From: Podarcis liolepis
Lineage: Eukaryota
DNA: 64,000 nucleotides
NCBI GenBank assembly: GCA_965112155.1
Contig: OZ218101.1
Direction: 5' to 3' (one strand)
The notes beneath the pieces were generated by a model that saw only the letters and a list, made by a program, of their open reading frames with translations, ran no database searches and was not told the DNA's origin. Positions 1 to 10,569 of the stretch are shown in pieces (the first letter of the stretch is position 1; each line of letters starts with the position of its first letter). The translations under genes were made by a program, and so were the position numbers.

Positions 1-9
1 GTTTTGTCG

Positions 10-400
10 ATCAGAGAAGTGGCCAAGTTTGTTGATGACACCAAATTATTCAGTGTGCTGAGAACAAAAAGGGATTTGGGGAACTCCAGAAAGATCTATC
101 CAAACTGGGTGAATGGGCACTAAAATGGCAAGTGTACTTTAGTGTAAGAAAGCATACAGTAATCACATTGGGGCAAAATTTTGGAGCACACTTCATAGAT
201 AATCTTTTGGAGTCTGGGCTAGCAGTGAATGACTAGGAAAGAGCTCTTGTAGTCGTGGTGGGAAGCTCCATGGAAATGTCATCCCATTGTGTGGCAACTG
301 TGAAAACTGTAAATTCTTGACTAGGGATCATTAAGAAAGGGATTGAAAATAAAAGTGCTGCTGTTATAGTATTCTATGTACTGTGTACAATTCTGATCAC
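10..400 (+). mobile_element. CR1 LINE fragment (degenerate reverse transcriptase C-terminal region)
   Basis: Translates to KFVDDTKLFSVLRTKRDLGELQKDLSKLGEWALKWQ, the CR1 (F)ADDTKL motif and the W..KWQ thumb region. Frameshifted downstream. Confidence 0.85.
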
Positions 401-914
401 CATGATGTAAGAATTAGAGACCCAGGGTGTAGAGTTTTTATTTTTAAAATGTTTCAATATTAATTGCACTGAACCTTTGGATAGAATGTATTAGGCTTGA
501 TTTTTATGTGCCTGCATTTTGTAACCCTCATGCCACTCTCCTGCACTGTGTAGAGCTGTGCAAACATTGCTTACCACTTTCAGCCTTATCTGACCCTAGA
601 AGGAGGTATGTAACACATACCAAAGAAGTATGTGTTAAGTTAGCATCTGAGTGAGAACTAGCAATTCTCCTTGGAGCTAACTGAGGCCCAGAAAGAGGAG
701 ATGGGAGAAGAATTTATGACCCTCTTCCCTTCTCATGGAACGTCTGGTTGTCTAGACAACTGTCCAACAAGTTGTATGCCGAGACCACATGTTTTGGGAC
801 ACCCCAAGGAAGTTGATGCCAGTGTGGAGTCATGTATCGTTATATCTTAATGTACATTGAAAAATGTTCAAGGGTGATTTGATGGCTTTGTGTGCTGTGT
901 GTTAGTAGCCTATA

Positions 915-1156
915 CAGTGGTACCTCGGGTTACATACGCTTCAGGTTATATACGCTTCAGGTTAGAGACTCTGCTAACCCAGAAATAGTACCTCAGGTTA
1001 AGAACTTTGCTTCAGGATGAGAACAGAAATTGTGCTCCGGCAGCGTGGCAGCAGCAGGAGGCCCCATTAGCTAAAGTGGTGTTTCAGGTTAAGAACAGTT
1101 TCAGGTTAAGTACGGACCTCTGGAACGAATTAAGTACTTAACCCGAGGTACCACTG
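915..1156. mobile_element. Tc1/mariner (Tigger-like) MITE, family A, copy 1
   Basis: TIRs CAGTGGTACCTCGGGTT...AACCCGAGGTACCACTG flanked by TA duplications (913-914, 1157-1158). Near-identical copies at 37507 and 40449. Confidence 0.92.
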
Positions 1157-1529
1157 TATGAGCTGTGTTCTGATATACCTCACAGCAGTCTTTCTAACTA
1201 GCAGTTCTGCTGAGCAGCTGGTTGGCAAGGCTGCCCTATTGCAATAGCTCTAATAAACCGGGTTCCTACAGGATGCCTCATCTTGCTATTCTATTGGGCT
1301 TTTGTTTTATTTAAGGTGTTCCCTCACCTGGTAACAAACTGATGGTGTAGAAGTAAATTCTTGCCACAACTGCACCTCAAAACAGATATTGCAGAGGTGG
1401 AAAAGTTTGGACACGGGTAGACCAAAATGATCAACTCCCCTAAGAAGGAAAGTTACAACATTTGGGGCATTTTGGTTTAGAAAAAAAAATGTATAGGCAG
1501 GCATATGAAAAAGATGCTTACAATTATGC

Positions 1530-1950
1530 ATCATGTGGATAATGTATAGAAGGAAGTTTTTCTCTGTCTCCAGTAATACTAAAACCTAGGCTTACCCACT
1601 GAAGCTGAATGCTGGAAGATTTAGGACAAAAAGAAACACTTCTTTGTCCAGCAGCACATGGATAAATGATAAGATTCACTACCACAAAATATGCTAATAG
1701 CCACCAAGATAGAGGGCTTTAAAGGGGGATTAGATAAGTTCATAGTTCATGAGGCTACTAGTGGGTACTAGCCTTGATTGCTGTGCAGTAGCTCCAGCAT
1801 CAGAGGTGGTATGAACACTGCACAGCACAGAGAGAGTGAGCTGTTGGCCTCAGGTTCCACTCGCAGGTTTCCCACAGGCTTCTGGGTGGCCACTGTGAGA
1901 ACAGCATGGCAGACCAGATGATCCAGCAGAGCTCTATTTGTGTTCTGTAA
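1530..1950 (+). mobile_element. CR1 LINE 3' end, old and degenerate
   Basis: Typical CR1 ORF2 end and 3'UTR words (tttaggacaaaaagaa..ttcttt, ggctttaaagggggattagataagttcat, gatccagcagagctct..tgttct). Confidence 0.7.
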
Positions 1951-4900
1951 GTACTTTCAACATCCTCTTCAAACTATTGTCTGTTGCCAGTATTGCAATC
2001 AGTGCAGAGATCCCTAAGAAGGAGGGGAGCGGAGCCCAGTGCATCTAAGAATCAATGTGTTACAGGCATATTTACTGATAGTAAAATAAAGGCTTCATTT
2101 CAAAAATCAGCAAACTGAGCACGCCACAAGTTTGAAAATGGAAAGTGAGATGGGGAGAAGGAAAGAGATTCTCTCATCATCAACTGCAATCCCAAATTTG
2201 TATTGAAGTGCTAATGCAACGAAGAATATTCATGCCTATGTCTAGCTCATTTCCAAGGAAAACAGACACAAAGCGGAAGCGTCACATGGAATCCCCAAGC
2301 TGATTCTCAGAAGCACAGCAGGTGCATTTTTGAGACATTTTGTAATTGGAAACCAATACAGGAGCACAAAAATTCACATGACTCTAATAATAATGAAGGG
2401 TGGTGCATATATAACTCATGTTTTCTCCATTATATTGTATGGACAAAGGGACCCAAACCTTATGCAGTCATTGCTTAGGAACACTTTACAAGGTAAGGCA
2501 GAACAGCCCAAAAGCTGGTGTAAATTAAGCCAGTCTCAAGTTATACCAGATCCAAACTTCATTCAGCAGCAGGGCTATTCCTGGCTGAGCTGCCCGAAGC
2601 CTGGCAGAGAGAAAACAAGCCTTTAAAAAACGTCTGCCAGCATATGCCAGGTTGCCATACAAAAGTTGGTCCTGGGGTGGAGTAGAGCAGGCTCTGATGT
2701 TGCCTTTGCCTGCTCCCCTCATTCTTCCTATCACAGGACAGACAGTGTCCATTGATCTCAGAGTGGGTCACAGCATGCAACTATACAATCATTTCTTATA
2801 TACATAAAAAAACAACCTATAGGCCGCACAGATAAGATGGGTAGTTTGCCAGTTATCTTACTCTGAAACATACTTTTGTTCATACAGAAGCTTGTTATAA
2901 CAACAGTGTTTTCATCTGGTGCTAAAAGCAGGTTAATGGAGGTACCAGCCTAACTTCAGGGTGTAGAACATCCCAGAGTGTCCAGACAACTGGACTTTAC
3001 TTGATGATATAATAACCTGAAGGGACATCTCAGCGCATCTCAGATCATGGACAGGGCCAGGCCTGGAGAGATGCTCCTTCGGATACCTGGTTTTTAAGCT
3101 GCCTATCAAACAAATATCAAAATTAGCACCTTGAATTTGGCTTAGTAGCAAACAGGCAGCTAGTGTTATATGGTCCCCTTGTACTCAATTGCCTCATAGC
3201 TGCAATCTATTAATAATCTCTAAGGACATTTCAAATACAGTAAGCCTGCAACTTTTGCGGGGGTTATGTTCCAGGGATTGCACCAAAAGCCAAAATCAGG
3301 TACCTATATTCAAAACCCACTGGGTTCAATGGTGGGTGGGGTTGCCAAAGTCGTTTTTCCCAGATTTCCTCCCTCTTTCTGCCCCCCCCTTTTAATGTTT
3401 TTTGCCAAGCGTATAAAACAGAGTGTGCATTCAGTTGTGGGCTTACAATGATAATCAAGGTGGGAATTAACTGCTTTTTTTATAACCACAAGAAGTAATA
3501 CAAAGGAAAATGAGCTCAAAATGAACAAAAGATTTTGGGATAAAAATGAAAATATTTCATCCATGTGGCAACAAAAAGGGAAAGGCTGTGGAACCCCTAT
3601 TACTGTATATTTTGAAAATGACTTTAGCCTGAAGAATAGTTGAGATATGTGAAGTCTAATTGGTCTTGCTTCAGTGCCAGATGATGGACTATTGAACTTT
3701 TAAGATCCTCTTCAGGCCTTGAAATCCTATGATTTGATGCTGCAAAGGTTAGGCAAATCCACTTCAGATGGAAGTGCTGCTATTGGGATAGCACTATGGC
3801 ACTAGCTTGTAGAGGTTGGCAGTCTGTCACTATAAGCTAATCAATCATTCTGAAATTTAAATACTCCGGTACAATCTCATATCATTATACTAGGTTGTAC
3901 ATGTCAGTCAGCGAAGAACTGCATGGAAAATTTCCAAGTCAGTTCAAAAGCCTCAAACATCAAATCTTCTCCCGCCCTCCCTTGTGTGACTGATTTTCAC
4001 AGCCTCCAAGTTTCTATTAAATGTTTTTGTTCCGCTCACAAATAACTGTGGTTTTTTTAATGGTTTTCCTTTTAAAAGAAGTTATTTCGAAAACAGCCTA
4101 CTACAAAATACATCTGCTCCTGCCCAAATTATTTAAAACTAGCCATGCAAACACAAGTGGCTCCACATGTTATAATCCTAGATATGCAGCACCATGTTGA
4201 GCCCCATGCTTTTGTAAGATGTAGTAATATTAAATGTATATATTAATGGACTGACTTCTAAGCAGTTTATCAGCATAAGGTCAATTAAGAAATCCATACA
4301 TAATCAAAATATGCAAGAAAACAATTCCATTGAAACATTAAAAGCATTCATATTTAAAATATACAGTAGAACAAGCCCAATAAAAAGCACAACAATTAAA
4401 ACAGTTAAAAGAGAAAGAAGTTCAAGTTCAGGCAGATGGTTGTCTAACCAGGTGTGTCTTCAGGAGGAAGCAGAGTGCCAATGTGGAGGGGGCATCTCAT
4501 GTTTCAGGAGGGAGGGCATTCTACATCCCTGGTTTAATACTGATTTAATATGGAACACAGTTTGACCCATATTTGAAGTCATAATCCAAACTGCGCAGGC
4601 AGAGGGTGGGTCCAGTGGGAGTTTATGCAGGGTGGGCAGAGGATGGGTCTGGTAGGACCCCACCAAATTACAATTATTTCCTTTCCTGCCTTGTGCACAG
4701 GAAAACTGTGGACAGCAGGTTTGAGTTCCTTTGTCCTTTTATTGAAGAAATTCTTCATGAAGAATTTGGCGAAGCTGGAACTGATGATGTCTCCCGGCCG
4801 CTCCAGGGTGCTGAGGTGGTGGCTCACCTCAAAGGTGTTGCAGAAGTTGAGGTTATGCCCTTGAAGACCAGTGAGGGCAGGCACCCTTCAGGAAGACAGG

Positions 4901-5881
4901 TGCTCGTCCTGGGGTCTTGCTCCTGGATGAGCTCCATTCTTCATTGGGGGGGCTCCATCCCTCACAGCCTGTTCTCTAAGTTGTGTGCTCAATAAGATGA
5001 GCACCAGTGGTACCACTTATGGCAGGTAGCTGCTTATGGCACGTAGTGGGAGGACCTTCCAGGCCAAACACAATAATATGTGGTGACTGCCTCTACAGTT
5101 ACAACCACAGTTTAAGGTAGGTCATCTCATAAAAGCTATTTCTGATAAGTTCCCGTATATCTGTTTCAGTCCAGCTTGATATAATAACCGCGTGGAAGCT
5201 TGCTTCCACTTGCATATTCCTAGATAGATGAACCAATCACCCACAGAAACACATGTCCATTGTATTTCCTTGGCTGATCCAGGAGGGGCTGAGCTAGACC
5301 TTAAAAGACACAAAAGCCATAAGGATGAAATCAGCTGCCCCAGGGGCAGTAGGAGGCTGATCTGATTGGTGGAATTTGAGCTGTATTCTATCCAGTATTT
5401 TTATCTTATGAACTGCTCTGAGATCTTCAGCCAAAGTCCAAAACATGGGATATACATTTTCTAAAAACAGATTGCCACTTTGGTGACAGCCCAGAGTCAT
5501 GTACAATGCACAGGCCCTCCAAACTGACCTGTGCAAAGTCTTGCAACTTGATTGTTGAACTCTGTTGTGGATAAATCCAAAAAAGAAACCAGACAACAAA
5601 AAGATCTCTGCCCTCCAAGAATAGTAAATAATCTCACTTCTGCTCTACTGCTCTACTACACCAAGACACTAAGCCTCTGGAGCAGATTCAGTCTACCTTC
5701 ACTCAACTGCTCTGCTTGAGGCATTGACTGGGAAGACAACCTGACTGTAGCATACACTTTTTATGCCAACTCATTTGCCTCCTTGCCAGAACTGAACTGG
5801 GCAAAAGATTTTTACATTCATTTCCAAACTTGCAATTAATTACAACTTTAAGGTCCTTTCCAAAGCATTAAACACCTCTCT

Positions 5882-5952
<71 letters not shown>
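5882..5952. repeat. Compound (TC)n(AC)n microsatellite
   Basis: Directly visible dinucleotide runs. Confidence 0.95.
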
Positions 5953-5954
<2 letters not shown>

Positions 5955-6520
5955 TTTTCACAATGGTATTCTTGTACAAGCCCAAGATCACCACCACTAG
6001 TGGAATATTTTATATATTTATATTTTATATCAATATTTATAGTCATATTCTCAAGGGCTCCCAAGGTGACTTACACTCCTCAGCATAAAATAACTGATAA
6101 TATAAAACATAATTTAAAAACTTGAGAACTATTAGAGAAGCATGTCTCAGCAACACAGCACCAATTTATGCACCTCAGTCGTGTAATGAAGCACTGAAAT
6201 GTCCAGGAAAATCTGGACGTATGGCAACCCATGACAGAAGTGGAGGTATTTCTCATAAAAATAGCTCAACAACCTTTGTGTCTGGATTTTCACTTTTTGA
6301 AATGTGGCAGCCCTAGTCACAAGGCCTCTGCCTCAAGGGCCTTTTGCAGCAGGAATGTCTTTGTCAACCTTCAGAAGGACAATAGAAAACAGGCTTAAAT
6401 GATCTCTCTGGGGAGGAAATTCCACAAATATGTTCACTATTTTATTTTAATCAAACATGCTGAAGTGGGAGACTGCACAGCCTTAAAAGAAGCAAATAAG
6501 ATCCTTATTGCAATGGTGAG

Positions 6521-6690
6521 CAGGGCCGGACCAAGCCATTTTGGCACCTGAGGCGAATCACAAGAAGGCCACAACCTCCCTGCCGGGGACGAAGGAGTGA
6601 GGGGGAACGGAGGGGGGGGGGTACAGATCTACCTCAGGAGGCAGACTGAGGCAGTTGCCTCACCTTGCCTCATGGTGGGCCAGCCTTTTC
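6521..6690. mobile_element. Short non-autonomous hAT-like MITE, degenerate
   Basis: Starts CAGGGCCGG and ends ...cctcatggtgggccagcc, an imperfect inverted terminus. No clean TSD. Confidence 0.45.
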
Positions 6691-7419
6691 CTGGCATTTC
6701 ACCTTTAGCATGGAATAAATACAAACAGGGCCACAGGGACACCCAAGAGAATGTGGACTGGCCCCTGGCACTTTGCTGCCTGACAAGACCGGCAGCAAAA
6801 TCTTCTTCTTTAACACAGGGAAAGGGACAGTGTCTTCCATTCCCCCTGCAGGGAGGAGGCTAGCAGAGCAGTCACAGAGCAGGAGACGGGAGCACAGACA
6901 ACTCCATCCCCAGACAGATTGGGGAAATTGTGGCCAAGGGGTTCTGCCGTCTCTCCTTCAACATATGCTGCCTGAGGTTGCCTCACTCTGATTAATGGTA
7001 CGGCAGAACTCGAAACAGCATCTGCTAAAGCAGATACAAATGCAATTCAGATCTCCTCTCACCCTGCCCCACATTTTCCCATTTCCCCCATCACCATTGG
7101 AAGAGAGGCATAAAACTAGGCAGTAACTGACAGGTGGGAAAACCATCAACATACTGAGAATTTAGAACATGGAAAAGAGTTGTGTTGCTCACAGCAACTA
7201 AATATTGCCTTGAGTATTAGAATGCCCAGCAACTGCGCAACAGAAACACAGAACTGAAGGAGGATGTTTGTATAACAAATGCACAATTATTGGGCTGAAA
7301 AACCAATGACACATTATTATCTGAAAAATGCTTCAGTTTACTGCAATAAGTGTGCTCAGTTCAAAAACATCACTTCTCACAAAGCACTGCATCAAGGAAG
7401 AACCAAAGACAAAATATGA

Positions 7420-7630
7420 ATATGTATTATATTTTCCCCTCCCCTCCTCCAAGCAGCTCTGGCAATACACAGGTCACTAACCTCATTTATCCTCATAACA
7501 ATCTTGTGAGGCAGGTTATGGCGATATGGGAATGGCTGAACCAAAGTCACTCAATGGACTTTGTAGCTAAGCAAATATTTGACTACCAGGTCTCCCCAGT
7601 CCAAACACACCGTCTACTGCACCACAATGG
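7420..7630 (-). mobile_element. Old MIR/Squam3-like SINE fragment
   Basis: cattt-atcctcataacaatcttgtgaggcaggtt...ccaaagtcactcaa...cacaccgtctactgcacca resembles a reverse-complemented tRNA/CORE SINE. Confidence 0.5.
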
Positions 7631-9406
7631 CTCCTAATTATTTGTGCACAAGTAAGCAATAGGTGTTCATGTGAGAAGACCGTGCAGATCAAATGTACAC
7701 ACCAAGAGGTAGAAGCATATTCCAGCTTCCCTATTATACACACAGAACACGAGAGAAAGTAACCAAGGTATATGATCATGCTAAGCCATCCTAATGTGAA
7801 GCCAGCAGTATTCCAAATTAAACAAATCTTTGATTTAAGTAAGTGTGCAGTTCCCTTTGAGATGCCATTTCAAGCTTTGTCCTTTCTCTTTGCCCAAATG
7901 CCAATTTGATGTCGGTCTTCTCAAATGTCACAACCATCACCATTTAAGTATCAAATAAAAGCCTTCCTTCTGCTCCTATAATTGAGGTAGTTCTCCATCC
8001 CATCCCCCAAATTAAATCGGCCTGAGATGCAACAGTATATTTAACCCAGCCTCAGTGACACCTTTCCTATACATAAATATGCCACAGGTTTAAAGTCCAT
8101 TATCTTGCAACCCTCTATGGCTAGAAACGACAGTTTTATACTATGTGAAAAGGAGTGATTTCCCACCTTCCATTCCAAGAAGGTCCCAAGGTATTGGATG
8201 TTAATGTCATGACATTTTTAGGCATAGAAAAGCTTTTAGGTTATCCAGAGAATGTTTTATGGCTCCCATTGAGCCTTGGTGAGCATTTGAGCCAGTGGTA
8301 AATGGATGTATCTATTTTTACAGGCAAGAACAGCATGAAACGAGAGGGCAGAAAAATACAATGGAAACTAGAAAAGCTTTCCACACTAGCTGAATGCAGT
8401 GCACTTTGCTTGTGCAAAGTACACTTTCCCAGAAGGTTCAAGTACAAAACAAAATGCATTGCAGTAGATATATTTAATCTACATTTTCCAAGCACATAAT
8501 ATCCAGACATCATGAACATATGAAGCTTAGTCATGAAAGGAGTAGGAGCGTTGCTCCACCTCATCCATTATTGTCATTTCTGCTGGCAGTAAGACTAAGG
8601 TCACAGGCCAGGGATTTCTTAGCTCTGCAATGTGAGATCTTTGACAAAGAGATGGCAGGAGATAATCTGGGACTTTTTGCATGGTAATCTTATACTCTAC
8701 CACTGAGCAATGTCCTTCGTCCCCACCAAAGGACAAGCTTCTGTTCTTAACATTTAAGCAGACTGCCCCAACTACTCACTGACCCTTATTATACCCAAGC
8801 AGCGAGGAAATGCAGGGCGGCAGTGCCTACCCAGGTTTGGTTTCCTTTGGAAGGAGGTTAGTGAAGGCTTGTTGTGTTCTGTAATATTTGACTTAATTGA
8901 CTGCGCTGCAGTTCAACATGTGGGGGGCCACAGATTCTTTATCCCTGGCCCACATCAGGTCTCCAGAGAAAGGCAGACAGGCCACCAAAATGTTCCCGCA
9001 GTTGCAGATCCCCACACCCAGCTCTCTGCCTCTTGCTCTGCCCCTCTCTTATTCCTCACTCAAATCTCTGGTTTCCATTTCTTCTTTTCACCCACAGACC
9101 TAGATCACATCTAGGAAGAGCAAGAGCAAGCAAAGGAAAGTAAAAAATACACACACCCTTTCAGGTATTTCCTAGACCAGTGTTTCCCAACCTTTTTTGG
9201 GCAAAGGCACACTTGTTTCATGAAAAAAATCTCGAGGCACACCACCATTAGAAAATGTTTAAAAAATTAACTCTGTGCCTATATTGACTATATATAAAGT
9301 AACTCTCTTTAATAGGAATCAAATAAACACAAAGAAAGTATTTTATAATTACTTTATTATGAAATAGTAAGTAAACAGAAATATGAAAAATTATAAAATA
9401 CTTTAT

Positions 9407-9532
9407 TCAGTGCGCAACCTGGGCCTGTTTGGCTGAACACAAAGCTGATATTCTGGCTGGAATCGAAGAAAGACACACACGTAGCTCTTCGTCAACAGCT
9501 CTCAGTCTCTCTCTGTATTTAGTTTTTATAGC
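9407..9532 (-). pseudogene. C-terminal 41 codons of a Charlie/Buster (ZBED5/SCAND3-like) hAT transposase
   Basis: Minus-strand translation [41 protein letters not shown], matching the Buster-family tail pattern IKTK.R.RL....LRV.LS.I.PRI..LC..KQAQ.SH*. The stop TGA overlaps AATAAA (9402-9407). Not in the ORF track. Confidence 0.88.
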
Positions 9533-9744
9533 AAATGAAGGAAGAGTAAGCAGGCTGGGGTGGGTTAAGTAAGGGCTGAAAGTGCCTAGATGAAGTGGGG
9601 GAAGCTAGAGAGGAGGTACATTCTGACGTTTGAGGATAGACTAGGTTCTTTATGTGAATGATAGGTGAGTTATTTGACAGATCGAACTGAGAGCAAGGTG
9701 GGGCTTGTGTAGCTGGGGTGGACATGAATGTTTGGGGTGCAAAC

Positions 9745-10569
9745 CCCAGGCCGGCCAGGTCCGAGGGGGGGGGGCAGGGAGAGACGGGCCTGCCTGCCTC
9801 TGCCTGCGCTGTGGTGTGTTTTGCCCCGACCGACGGACGGACCGACCTGCCAGCTGTCTCCGCAGTAGCAGCGCGGACTGGAGCTCCGTCATTCTCCCCG
9901 CCGGTGCCCGGGGAGGGGAGTGTGGGGTGGCTGCTGTGGAAGCGACGGCGTGCTCCTCCTCCTCCTCCTCCTCCACTTGCCGGGCTAGAGCCAGCCGGCT
10001 AGCGCTTGCCCCTCCTTGCTCGAGCCGACCCCGCCGCCGGGGGCCTTCCCGTCCTCTCAGCGGCGGCGCCTCACGTCCCTCGTCCGGGGGTTGGGAGGGG
10101 GCTGGGGGGGAGGAAGGGGGCGAGGGGGAGCAGCCGCCGCCGCTCCTGAGGAGATTCTGAGGCGGTGGCGGGCGACGCGTGGCGGAAGAGGAGGGGTCCC
10201 GCCAGCCCCGCGTTTCTCTCTCTCTCTCCCTCACGGAAACCTTCCCCTCAGCTTCTGCCGCTTTTTCTCTTCTTTCCCTCTTCCTTTTTTTTTTTTAAAA
10301 AAAAATGAAAAATCTCTCCTTTCTCTCTTTTCCAGCCCCCCCTCCCCTCTTCACGGAATTTCACTGCACTCGGGCGCCGCGGCGCGCAGGCGCACTGCTC
10401 GCTCCTCTTTCCGCGCAGGTGCCTTCTCTCGCTCTTTCGCCTCCTTTTCTTTCTCTCTCGATGGTCCGCCTACAAAGGAGCGAGGGAGGCGCCCGCCATG
10501 TTTGGATTTGCATCCAGCAGGAGATGCCGCCGCCCCGCCTCTCGCCGCCTGACTCGCCCGCCTCCCTCC
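9745..10569 (-). promoter_or_regulatory. CpG island: captured UBE2G1 promoter/5'UTR/intron-1 start
   Basis: Very GC- and CpG-rich against CpG-poor flanks. NRF1-like GCGCAGGCGCA (10384-10394), YY1-like CGCCATGTT (10494-10502), ETS-like GGCGGAAG (10181-10188), GC boxes and (GAG)n in the 5'UTR. Confidence 0.75.
9847..9892 (-). pseudogene. UBE2G1: Captured coding exon 1 of ubiquitin-conjugating enzyme E2 G1 (46 nt), followed by a GT splice donor
   Basis: ATG at 9892 gives MTELQSALLLRRQLA+G, the N-terminus I recognise from vertebrate UBE2G1 (MTELQSALLLRRQLAELNKNP...). It is followed by GCAG|GTCGGT (phase-1 donor), after which homology stops. No exon 2 in the window. Confidence 0.9.

Noticed and set aside
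4700-4899. Plus-strand exon after a good-looking acceptor (ttcctgccttgtgcacag)
   Set aside because: The translation looks like the antisense shadow of a minus-strand frame and matches no protein I know.
9847-9892. Calling this the native UBE2G1 gene start
   Set aside because: It is enclosed by matched TIRs with an identical 8-bp TSD and abuts a transposase remnant, and no further UBE2G1 exon is seen. A long intron 1 cannot be formally excluded from this window alone.
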